From an uncultured Gemmatimonadales bacterium (GTDB lineage: Bacteria > Gemmatimonadota > Gemmatimonadetes > Gemmatimonadales > GWC2-71-9): a DNA stretch of 64,000 nt. Numbering within the stretch: the first letter of the stretch is position 1; every line of letters begins with the position of its first letter. Below, one piece after another: positions 1-8,583 of this stretch. Both the position numbers and the translations under genes were made by a program. Where the stretch lies: assembly GCA_963730185.1 (NCBI GenBank), contig CAVSQW010000012.1:32001-96000 (forward strand). Direction: 5' to 3'. Under the pieces are notes generated by a model, which saw only the letters and a list, made by a program, of their open reading frames with translations, searched no databases and was not told the origin of the DNA.

Positions 1-768
1 GCCCCGAGAGATGCAGGCGGTGCGCCAGAGCGTAGCCGCCGGTGACCAGGGCGAGTGTCAGGAGGATCTCCACCTGGTAGTTGTCGACGCTCTTGAGCAT
101 CCGGAAGACGATCCAGCCGACCAGCCCACCGTACACGACGCCCCCAACCGCTTCGAGCGCCACCAGCTCGACGACCCGCCCGGACCCACGTCGCCCGATC
201 CGGTGGCGATCTGGAGGAGGACCAGGAACACCACCACGCCCACGCCGTCGTTGAAGAGCGACTCGCCCGAGATCTTGGTCAGGAGCGACGGGGGCAGCCC
301 GGCCTTCCGCAGGATGGCGCCGACCGCGATCGGGTCGGTCGGGGAGATCAGGGCCCCAAAGAGCAGGCAGTACGCCAGGGAGACCTCGAGGCCGAGCAGA
401 CCGAGCACCACGTGCGCCAGGCCGCCCACGATCGCGGTCGACACCAGCACCCCGACTGTGGCGAGGATCGCGATCACGCCGCGCTGGGCCGTGAGGCTGC
501 TGAGATCGAGGTGGAGCGCGCCGGCGAACAGCAAGGCGCCGAGCATGCCGTTGAGGAGGACCTCGTCGAAGTCGATGCCGGCCAGGAGATGGCGCATCGG
601 CTCTTCGAGGTGAACGCCGAAACGGCTGGCCAGCACCAACCCCAGCGAGAACGCGATCGAGATCACCATCAGCCCGATCGTCGTCGGCAACCGGATGAAC
701 CGGTGATTGAGCCACCCGAACAACGCCGCCAGCGTCGTCAGCCCGGCGACGACGTCGAAGGTGGTCAT
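1..768 (-). CDS. Na+/H+ antiporter, CPA1/NhaP family (3' end runs off the window; frameshift near 178)
   Basis: Motifs LFGALISPTDPIAV and ISGESLFNDGVGVV. ATG at 768 overlaps the upstream TGA (ATGA). The homologous sequence continues in another frame below ~178 (VVELVALEAVGG...DNYQVEILLTLAL). Confidence 0.85.
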
Positions 769-1343
769 CCCATACCCGGGAGCAGGTTGGCCTTGATGAG
801 GGTGGCCAGCCGGTTCTCGAGATGGCCGGTAGTCTCGCACCCGACCGGGTCGAGCGACGCCCCCTCGACGTCCCGTCCCATCGCCGTCGTCGCCAGGCCG
901 AGACGGGTTCCACCGCCGGGCCAGGGGTCGACGAACGCGGCCACGGCGATGGTCAGCCGGTAGCGATCGGCATTCGCGCCGACGATGCTGGATCCGCAGT
1001 TGAAGTAGCGGGACAGTGGCTCGCCGGCCAGGTTGAGACGCCGGACCAACTTCTCGTTTCCGATCAGCCCGTGAGCGGAATCCTCGACCTCGACCTTGAT
1101 GCCCAAGGACTCGAACGCATGCCGGACCGCGCCGAACACGCGAGCCGGCGGGGCCTCGAGCTCGCTCGAGACCGCGATCGTGTCGAGCGCCACCGGCACG
1201 GTGCGGGGCTGCAGCCGGACGACGGCGCGATACTCCTGGGCCACCAGTGGCGCGGTCGACCCCAGCAATAACAGCAGGGGGAGCATCAGCCGAAGCCCAC
1301 GACGAATCGAGACCACCTTCTCCTCCGTGCGATGGGAATCCAT
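765..1343 (-). CDS. Hypothetical secreted protein
   Basis: Signal-peptide-like segment (LMLPLLLLLGSTAPLVAQ), two Cys, and a stop coupled to the antiporter start. True start may be a downstream GTG/ATG. Confidence 0.65.
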   Translation of the reverse strand: MDSHRTEEKVVSIRRGLRLMLPLLLLLGSTAPLVAQEYRAVVRLQPRTVPVALDTIAVSSELEAPPARVFGAVRHAFESLGIKVEVEDSAHGLIGNEKLVRRLNLAGEPLSRYFNCGSSIVGANADRYRLTIAVAAFVDPWPGGGTRLGLATTAMGRDVEGASLDPVGCETTGHLENRLATLIKANLLPGMG

Positions 1344-1421
1344 CCAGAGTCTACCACCGTCCCGCTACCCGTGGGAGCGGACCGCCTGCCCCACCCGTGC
1401 CGGGACCGCTATCCTTCTCCC

Positions 1422-3188
1422 ATGAATGGACTTCGGCTTCCGACCGTCGGAGTGGCGGGCTTGGCGCTGCTGCTCGCCTTGCCCGCCCGGGCGCGGGCCC
1501 AGGCGGCCACCCCCGACACGACCTGGCCCGGGTCGCTTCCTCCCGGCCAGTGGCAGCTCCCGGGCGGCGACTACGCCCAGACCCGCTTTAGCCCGCTCAC
1601 GGCCATCACGACCGCCAATGTGGCCGGCCTGAAGCCGGTCTGGAGCTTCAGCACCGGATCCCTCCGCGCCAACGAGGGTAGCCCGCTGGTGGTCGACTCC
1701 GTGATGTTCGTTCACACCCCGTTTCCCAACGCCGTCTTCGCCCTCGACCTGGCGCGACCCGGCGCGCCGATCCTCTGGAAGTACGAGGTTCCAGCCGCCA
1801 CCCGACGGCTGAACCCACCCGCCGGCTGGCGCGACGTCGGCAGCCTCGGCCTGGCCTACCACCCGAGTGGGAAGCTCTACGTCCCTCTCTTTCAGGGCGA
1901 GCTTGCCGCGCTCGACGCAGCCACCGGCCGGGAGATCTGGCGGGTGAAGAACGCCGACCGGGAAGCCGGCGGCAGCATGCCGGGCGCCCCGCTCGTGGTG
2001 CGCGATCTGGTCGTGGTCGGGACCGGCGGCGCGGAATACGGGGTTCGGGGCTCGCTCACCGCCTACAACGCCCTTACCGGCCAGTTGGTCTGGCGGGTGC
2101 AGCACACCGGGCCGGACAGCGCGGTCGGGATCCGGGGCGACGCCAATCCGGCCTACGCATCCCACCGCGGCCGCGATCTCGGGGTGACGAGCTGGGCCGG
2201 CGACGGCTGGCAACACGGGGGCGCCACCGCCTCGGGGTGGCTGGCGTACGACCCGGAGCTCGACCTGATCTACTACGGGACCGACCACCCCGCCCCGCTC
2301 AATCCGGCGTCCCGACCCGGCGACGACAAGTGGTCATCCACGATCTTCGCCCGCTCGGCCGCCACCGGCGAGGTTCGTTGGGCCTATCAGGTGACGCCGC
2401 ACGACGAGTGGGGGTACGACGCGTCGAACGAGACCATCCTGGCCGACCTGACCGTCGACGGGACACCGGTCAAGGCCCTGGTGCACCTCGACGCCAACGG
2501 ATTCGGGTACACCATCGACCGGACCACCGGTAAGGTGCTGCTCGCCGCCCGGCTCGGTCCCGTCAACTGGGCCACGCACGTCGACCTGACCACCGGCATC
2601 CCGTCGATCTCGCCGGCGTTCGAGACCGGGTCAGGGGCCCGGGTCAACAACGTCTGCCCGGCGACCATCGGCCTCAAGGGGCACCAGCCGGCGGCGTTCT
2701 CGCCCGGAACCTCGCTCTTCTTCGTGCCCCTCAACAATCTCTGCATGAGCTTCCGGGCCACCGCCGCAACCTACCAGGCCGGCAAGCTCTACACCGGCGC
2801 GACCATCCGGATGAGCGCCGGGCCGGGCGGGAGCCTGGGCCGGTTCGTCGCCTGGGATGCCGCGACCGGCACCATTGCGTGGCAAGTCCAGGAGCCCTAT
2901 CCGGTCACAGGGGGCGCCCTCGCCACCGCCGGTGGTCTGGTCTTCTACGGCACGATGGACGGCTGGCTCAAAGCCGTGGATCAACATACCGGCCAGGAGC
3001 TCTGGCGCTACAAGACGGCGTCCGGGATCATGGCCGCGCCGATGACCTTTCTCGGCCCCGACGGCCGCCAATACGTGGCGGTGCTGTCGGGCCTCGGTGG
3101 CTGGCTGGGGGCGGGCGGCAACGGTGCCATCGCCGATCCGGACGCCATCGCCAACCCCGGCGGCGTGTTGACCGTGTTCGCTCTCTGA
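1422..3188 (+). CDS. PQQ-dependent methanol/ethanol dehydrogenase-family (XoxF/MxaF-like) beta-propeller with a degenerate active site
   Basis: Signal peptide; TRFSPL..IT..NV..LK..WSFSTG, EGSPLVV, GAEYGVRG, RPGDDKWSSTIFAR, YQVTPHDEW, VFYGTMDGWLKAVD, repeated Trp-docking motifs. Active-site substitutions are listed under findings. Confidence 0.9.
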   Translation: MNGLRLPTVGVAGLALLLALPARARAQAATPDTTWPGSLPPGQWQLPGGDYAQTRFSPLTAITTANVAGLKPVWSFSTGSLRANEGSPLVVDSVMFVHTPFPNAVFALDLARPGAPILWKYEVPAATRRLNPPAGWRDVGSLGLAYHPSGKLYVPLFQGELAALDAATGREIWRVKNADREAGGSMPGAPLVVRDLVVVGTGGAEYGVRGSLTAYNALTGQLVWRVQHTGPDSAVGIRGDANPAYASHRGRDLGVTSWAGDGWQHGGATASGWLAYDPELDLIYYGTDHPAPLNPASRPGDDKWSSTIFARSAATGEVRWAYQVTPHDEWGYDASNETILADLTVDGTPVKALVHLDANGFGYTIDRTTGKVLLAARLGPVNWATHVDLTTGIPSISPAFETGSGARVNNVCPATIGLKGHQPAAFSPGTSLFFVPLNNLCMSFRATAATYQAGKLYTGATIRMSAGPGGSLGRFVAWDAATGTIAWQVQEPYPVTGGALATAGGLVFYGTMDGWLKAVDQHTGQELWRYKTASGIMAAPMTFLGPDGRQYVAVLSGLGGWLGAGGNGAIADPDAIANPGGVLTVFAL

Positions 3189-3196
3189 GGCCGTCC

Positions 3197-4087
3197 GTGC
3201 GCGCGGTGGTCCAAGGGTTGGCCCTGGTCTGGCTCACCGCCCCGACCGCGGCGGCGCAGCACCCCGAACCGGCCCTCCAGATACGCGAGACGGGGCGGAT
3301 AGTCGACCCGCGGGTCCCCGAGAGCTCCGGCGCCATTCGGGGAGTGGTGAACCCGGACGTCGTGTGGACCATCAACGACTCCGGCAACCCACCCACCTTG
3401 TTCGCCATCGACACCACCGGACGGGTGCGGGCCGCCATCGACCTGACCAATGCGACGAACGTCGACTGGGAGGCTATCTCGATCGGCCCCTGCCCCCGAA
3501 GCACCGAGCCCTGCCTCTACCTGGGCGACGTGGGCGACAACTTCTCCGGTCGCGGATCGGTCACCCTATACCGCCTCCCGGAGCCTCGGCTCGCTCCGTC
3601 GCCCCCGACCCGACTCGCGGTCCGCGACTCACTGGTGGTCCGCTACACCTCCGGGGCGGAGGACGTCGAATCGCTGGTGGTGACGGCCGGCGGCGACGCC
3701 CTGCTGTTCGGCAAGGGCTGGCACTCCCACCCCCACGTCTTCCTCGTTCCCGACAGCGCCTGGACCGGCGGACGTTACCGGGCCGCCCCGGTCGATTCGC
3801 TCCCCATCGAGACTGGATTGCTCCGGGGCGCTCTCGTGACCGACGCCGCCCTCTCTCCCGACCAGCGATGGCTCGCCGTCAGGACGTATCGGGAGATCTA
3901 CCTGTTCCGCCACTCGAGCCCGGGGCTCGGCGAGCTCCGGCACCCGGTCGGGATCTGCGACGTGAGCGGGCGGGAGCCGCAGGGCGAGGGGCTGGCATTC
4001 TGGAATCCGCACACCCTGGTCCTCACCAGCGAGCGTCTCTTCGCCGCGGACGGGACCGTCCTCCTGGTTCGATGCCCAGGGCTCTGA
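3197..4087 (+). CDS. Secreted beta-propeller-type hypothetical protein
   Basis: GTG start with signal peptide; ESSG, WTINDSGN, DWEAI, LYLGDVGDN, DVESL and QGEGLAF motifs, typical of a widespread uncharacterised propeller family. Confidence 0.7.
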   Translation: MRAVVQGLALVWLTAPTAAAQHPEPALQIRETGRIVDPRVPESSGAIRGVVNPDVVWTINDSGNPPTLFAIDTTGRVRAAIDLTNATNVDWEAISIGPCPRSTEPCLYLGDVGDNFSGRGSVTLYRLPEPRLAPSPPTRLAVRDSLVVRYTSGAEDVESLVVTAGGDALLFGKGWHSHPHVFLVPDSAWTGGRYRAAPVDSLPIETGLLRGALVTDAALSPDQRWLAVRTYREIYLFRHSSPGLGELRHPVGICDVSGREPQGEGLAFWNPHTLVLTSERLFAADGTVLLVRCPGL

Positions 4088-4977
4088 AGCGCTCGGCCTG
4101 GTGGCTGGCCCTGCCGCTGGCGGTCGCCACCTTGCTGTTGATCGGCCGACCGGCAAGCCGGCACCCGGTCCACCAGGCGGAGTGGCTCGACGCCGATGGG
4201 ATCCCCCTGCGGACCGTTCGGGCCGGCCGGGGCGACACGACCGTACTCCTGCTCCACGGTTTCGGCGAGTCGCTCTTCACCTGGCGCGCCCTCGTCGACC
4301 CCCTCGCCGTCCGCTTTCGGGTGGTCGCCCCGGACCTTCCGGGCTTCGGGGGCAGCGGGAAGCCCGACACCAGCTACTCGCTGGCCGAGATGACCCGCCA
4401 CGTGTCCGACTTCATGGACCGCTGGACCCGGGGACCGGTCATCGCGGTCGGCCACTCGATGGGCGGCGAGATCGCGGCCTCCCTCGCGATCGCCCGCCCC
4501 GATCGGATCGTGCGTCTGGTCCTGATCGCACCAGCTGGATGGGCGGTCGGATTGGGAGGGATCGCCGACACGATGTACCCGGCCAAGGCCCGAGCCATCA
4601 GCTGGTATCTGTCCAGCCGGGCCTTCATCCTGCCGGAGCACGACCCCGCCTGGCTCGGGGAGCCCGATTCGGCCGCCGACTACACCCTGGTCGGAGATCA
4701 GGCCTACCAGAACGCCACCGCCCGGATTCTGGAAGAGTTCGATTTCCGGTCTATGTGGGGACGATTTTCAGACATCAAACAGCCGACGCTGGTAGTCTGG
4801 GGATCCCTCGATCCGGTCATCCCGTACGCGCTGGCCGACAGCGTAACCGCCGCGATTCCGTGCGCCAGCCTGGAGACGATCTCAGGCGCGCTTCATCGGC
4901 CGCACGTCGAGGTCCCCGACCGGGTTCTCTCGCTCATTGATGGCTTCGTCTCGGCGAAAGCGCCCGATTGCCACTAG
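4072..4977 (+). CDS. Alpha/beta-fold hydrolase with N-terminal membrane anchor or signal
   Basis: LLHGFG oxyanion motif, DLPGFGGS, nucleophile elbow GHSMGG, WGSLDPVI acid and GALH His. Confidence 0.9.
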   Translation: MPRALKRSAWWLALPLAVATLLLIGRPASRHPVHQAEWLDADGIPLRTVRAGRGDTTVLLLHGFGESLFTWRALVDPLAVRFRVVAPDLPGFGGSGKPDTSYSLAEMTRHVSDFMDRWTRGPVIAVGHSMGGEIAASLAIARPDRIVRLVLIAPAGWAVGLGGIADTMYPAKARAISWYLSSRAFILPEHDPAWLGEPDSAADYTLVGDQAYQNATARILEEFDFRSMWGRFSDIKQPTLVVWGSLDPVIPYALADSVTAAIPCASLETISGALHRPHVEVPDRVLSLIDGFVSAKAPDCH

Positions 4978-5040
4978 TATTTGTCTTCTACAACTACTAT
5001 TTTGGCGCCGGTTTCGCTCCATGGGATCTCAACCACGGGA

Positions 5041-6153
5041 GTGCCTTTGGAACTACCGACCCAGCACCGAGTTCCGCTCAGCTGGCTGCTCGAAAACGGC
5101 AATGAGACCGTCCAGTTGCGCTCCTATCTGGACCTGGCCGAGCCCGGCTTCGCCTCGATCGAGATGATCACCGCGGCCGAGCAGGCCGTCGCCGCCGCCA
5201 AGGCCACCCAGACGCTGGTCAAGAAGCAGAAGGACGACGGCGTCTGGGGTGGCAACCTGCTCGGCCTTGGGCCCTCGGCCAAGGACGGGATCAAGGACAT
5301 CGGCACCGTGCCGCAGCATCGGCGGTTGCTGCAGCTCGGCTACCCCAGATCGGGCCGACCGTTCAAGCTGGCGGAACGGCTCCTGTTCCGGATCCTGTCC
5401 CGGGACGACGACCCCTTCCTCGAATTCGAGTTCGCGAAGGTCGCGAAGGCCGGGATCGAGGCGGGGGAGTGGGCTCGGGAGCACATGCGCGAGGCGGCCA
5501 CCGCCGCCTTGGCCGAGGCAGGTTTCGTCGAGGATCCCCGGATCCGGGGCTCCGCCCACAAGATCGCGACCAACGTGTCGCAGTTCCTCCGGAGCTCGCT
5601 GGCCGACAAGCCGTTCGTCCGCTCGGGCGCAAAGACCATTCTCGACCCCGAGGCGCACCCGCCAACCTGGTATTCGGTCGCGATGATCGCGGCGCTGCCC
5701 AACCTCCAGCGGGAGCGGGCCGGGTTCACCGAGCGGTTGGGGCAGTACCTCGGCACTCCCCAGACCAAGCGGGCCTTCACCCTCCAGGTGGGTAAGAGGA
5801 GCGTCAAGCCCGACTTCCTCCTGCTGGGTGACCCGATCTTGGCCGACGCCAGAGGCAATCCGAAGGACCTGCCCCTAGCGCTCTACTTCATCGAGCTCCT
5901 GGCCCGGATCGGCGCGCTCCATACCAACCCGCACGCCACCAAGGTGCTGGCGCGGCTCCTGACCGACTGCGACGACCAGGGGGTCTGGCGCCCGAAGGGG
6001 CTCAAGTCGGCGCCGAAGGCCACCCACAAGATCACGTATCACTGGTATCCCCTGCACTCGGACCTGAAGTCGACCGAGGGACGGCACGTCGACGTAACGT
6101 TCCGACTGGCGCTGATCGCGAAGCTTCTGGGCTGGCAGCTGGAGTACGTATGA
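5041..6153 (+). CDS. Conserved hypothetical protein, possible terpene-cyclase/prenyltransferase-like alpha-barrel (start may be TTG 4981)
   Basis: Long ORF with coding-like composition; QW-like repeats QKDDGVW and DCDDQGVW; N-terminal WLLE motif. Confidence 0.6.
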   Translation: MPLELPTQHRVPLSWLLENGNETVQLRSYLDLAEPGFASIEMITAAEQAVAAAKATQTLVKKQKDDGVWGGNLLGLGPSAKDGIKDIGTVPQHRRLLQLGYPRSGRPFKLAERLLFRILSRDDDPFLEFEFAKVAKAGIEAGEWAREHMREAATAALAEAGFVEDPRIRGSAHKIATNVSQFLRSSLADKPFVRSGAKTILDPEAHPPTWYSVAMIAALPNLQRERAGFTERLGQYLGTPQTKRAFTLQVGKRSVKPDFLLLGDPILADARGNPKDLPLALYFIELLARIGALHTNPHATKVLARLLTDCDDQGVWRPKGLKSAPKATHKITYHWYPLHSDLKSTEGRHVDVTFRLALIAKLLGWQLEYV

Positions 6154-6169
6154 CCGGCGGGCGGGGCCG

Positions 6170-6862
6170 ATGAGCTCGGCGCTCGACCTTACGGGGTTCG
6201 GGTTCACCCCGACAGAGAGCCTAGTCTACGAGGTCCTGGTCCGAAGCGGGCCCGGGACCGGTTACGCGATCGCCCGGGCGGCGGGGCTGGCCCGGGCGAA
6301 TGCGTACAGCGCCCTCGAGGGGCTGGCCCAGAAGGGCGCGGCCCGGGTGGACGAGGGGCGCCCCAAGCGCTACCGTCCCGAGCCGCCTAGCACCCTGATC
6401 GCCCGGATCGTCGACCGTCAGGGGCAGGCCCTGGAGACGCTCTCGTCGGTGCTGGACGCGATCTCGGTCCCGACGAGCCCCACTTTGGTCGAGCTCGCTT
6501 CCGCCCGCGGGTTGCTGCAGCTCGCCTCGCACGAGATCGCCCGCGCGGAGACGCGGGTCCGGCTGGTGGCGCCGGCGGACGCCTTTCCGATCCTGACCCC
6601 CGCGCTTCGCAAGGCCGCGACCAGCGGCGTCGTGGTCGCCCTGGGCGCGCCGATCCCGGTCCATCTGCCGTTCGCTCCGGTAGTGGCCATCGCCGCTCCG
6701 GAGCGCTGGCCGGGAGAGCCGTTCCTCTTCACGGTGGACGGGCGGGGGGCGGCCCTCGCCGCCCGAGCGGGCGACCAGGTGAGCGGCCACTGGGGCACCG
6801 GTCCGATCCTGGTCGCGGCCGCGGATCTCCTGCTCGACACCCTGCTGGGTGGCGATCGATGA
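6170..6862 (+). CDS. TrmB-family transcriptional regulator
   Basis: FGFTPTESLVYEVL..G..TGYAIARAAGLARANAYSALEGL..KG winged HTH followed by a TrmB-like middle domain. Confidence 0.85.
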   Translation: MSSALDLTGFGFTPTESLVYEVLVRSGPGTGYAIARAAGLARANAYSALEGLAQKGAARVDEGRPKRYRPEPPSTLIARIVDRQGQALETLSSVLDAISVPTSPTLVELASARGLLQLASHEIARAETRVRLVAPADAFPILTPALRKAATSGVVVALGAPIPVHLPFAPVVAIAAPERWPGEPFLFTVDGRGAALAARAGDQVSGHWGTGPILVAAADLLLDTLLGGDR

Positions 6863-8463
6863 CCGGCGTCGATGAATTCTTCGAAGAGCTCCGCCGCGAG
6901 TACCTGACCGAGGCCGCCGCCCGCCTGGCCGAGCTGCGGAAGGACCTGGCGGCACTGATGGCCGGTGAGCCCGACGCCGCCGATTCGCTCAAGATCCGCT
7001 TCCACCGGCTAGCCGGCTCGGGGGGCAGCTACGGCTTTCCGGACATCAGCGCCGTCAGCCGGGAAGCGGAGCTCTGGCTCAAGGACAACCCGTCGCCCTC
7101 GCCCGAGGCGCCCGGCCGGTTGGAGGAGTGGGTCAGCCGCCTGGCCCGCGCCTTCGATGCCGCCGCCGTCGAGTTCGGCCTCCCGACCGGGGGAACGGCC
7201 CGACGGGTCCCATTCGGCTGGCAGGCTCTGGTCCTCGGCGACCCGAGTGACCCTCTGGTCGACCGGGTGGCTCGATGCCTGGTCGACGCCCAGTACACCG
7301 TCGGTCATCGCCCGATCGAGACCGACCCGGCGTCGGTTCCGGTGTCCGAGCGACCCGATCTGGCCGTGCTCGTTCCCGAGCAGCCCACGGTGGAGTCGGC
7401 CGCCCTCGGGCGGTGGGCGGTCCCGGGCTCGACCCGGCCGTCGTCGGTCCTCCTGGTCGCCGACCCCGAGGCGATCGACCCGCTGGCCCAACCGTATTCC
7501 GATTTCGACTCCCTGGTGCCCCCGGAGCGGGTTGAGACCGAGCTCCAGAGCTACGTCCGGGCGATCGGCCGCTCGGCCAACACGCCGCCCGTCGTGCTGG
7601 TGCTCGAGCCGGACGAGGCCCACGCGGACTCACTCCAGTCGGCGATCGAAGGTCTGGGCGGGCGGGTGATTCTGGTCAAGTGTGCGAGGGCGCTTCGGGC
7701 CGCGCTCCGGGATGAGACCCCCGACCTGATCCTGACCGAGTGGAGGCTGCCCGACACCTCCGGGGTCGCCCTGCTCCGCTTTATCAGCCAGGTCGCCTCC
7801 CATCGATCGACCCCGGTCGTGGTCTACACGCTCCGCCCCAGTGACGAGGAGCGCCTCGCGGCGATCCGGGCCGGGGCCGACGACGTCCTGTCAAAAGCCG
7901 CGTCTCCCACCCACACGGTGCAGATGATCCAGGCCAGGATCGAGCGAGGTCGCCGGCTCCGTTCTCTGGCCCACCGGGACGACCTCACCGGCCTTTTGAA
8001 CCACGCCTCGATGGTGGAGGAACTGGTGTCGGCGGTCGCGTTCGCCCGTCGGGCAGAGGAGACCTTCGGGCTGATCCTGCTCGATCTCGACCATTTCCGA
8101 CGAATCAATGAGCAGCACGGACACCTTGTGGGCGACCGGTTGCTGGCGCAGGTCGCCCGAACGGTAGCGGGCTCGGTGCGCTCGAGCGACTTCGTCGCCC
8201 GGATGGGTGGGGAGGAGATCGGGGTGCTCGTTCGGCGCTGCTCGGCAGCGAACTGCGGCGCCCTCGCGGAGAAGGTCCGAGCAGCAGTGAACCGGATCGT
8301 CGTGCCGGCCGGCGAGGCGCCAGTTCAAGTTCGAGCCAGCGCCGGCGCGGCCTGCTTCCCGGACCACGCCTCGACCGCCCCTGATCTCCTTCGCGCCGCC
8401 GGGCGGGCGCTGGCCCGAGCGAAGGCCGGAGGCCGAGACCGCCTGGCGATCGGCGATCCCTGA
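6859..8463 (+). CDS. Diguanylate cyclase, Hpt-(REC-like)-REC-GGDEF
   Basis: Hpt motif FHRLAGSGGSYG; DDLTGLLN, DLDHFRRIN, GHLVGD, RxxD I-site (RSSD) and GGEEI; ATGA overlap with the TrmB gene. Confidence 0.9.
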   Translation: MTGVDEFFEELRREYLTEAAARLAELRKDLAALMAGEPDAADSLKIRFHRLAGSGGSYGFPDISAVSREAELWLKDNPSPSPEAPGRLEEWVSRLARAFDAAAVEFGLPTGGTARRVPFGWQALVLGDPSDPLVDRVARCLVDAQYTVGHRPIETDPASVPVSERPDLAVLVPEQPTVESAALGRWAVPGSTRPSSVLLVADPEAIDPLAQPYSDFDSLVPPERVETELQSYVRAIGRSANTPPVVLVLEPDEAHADSLQSAIEGLGGRVILVKCARALRAALRDETPDLILTEWRLPDTSGVALLRFISQVASHRSTPVVVYTLRPSDEERLAAIRAGADDVLSKAASPTHTVQMIQARIERGRRLRSLAHRDDLTGLLNHASMVEELVSAVAFARRAEETFGLILLDLDHFRRINEQHGHLVGDRLLAQVARTVAGSVRSSDFVARMGGEEIGVLVRRCSAANCGALAEKVRAAVNRIVVPAGEAPVQVRASAGAACFPDHASTAPDLLRAAGRALARAKAGGRDRLAIGDP

Positions 8464-8516
8464 CCAGCGTGCGTTGTGGGGGGAGGAGCAGCGAGGAGGG
8501 AGGGAGGGAGGAGGGA

Positions 8517-8583
8517 TCCCCTACTCACGATTCCCTACTCCCTCCCTGCTCACGGCTCCCTACTCCCGACTCCCTACTCTCTA
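8517..8583 (-). repeat. Heptamer tandem array, copy A (consensus ~TAGGGAG/TGGTGAG)
   Basis: Minus strand: TAGAGAG TAGGGAG TCGGGAG TAGGGAG CCGTGAG CAGGGAG ggag TAGGGAA TCGTGAG TAGGGGA. The first unit contains the lon stop codon. Confidence 0.85.

Noticed and set aside
8517..8583. Heptamer arrays as CRISPR or as the small ORFs 8469-8657 / 14315-14836
   Set aside because: Units are 7 nt with no unique spacers and no cas genes are present. The ORFs are low-complexity translations of the repeat.
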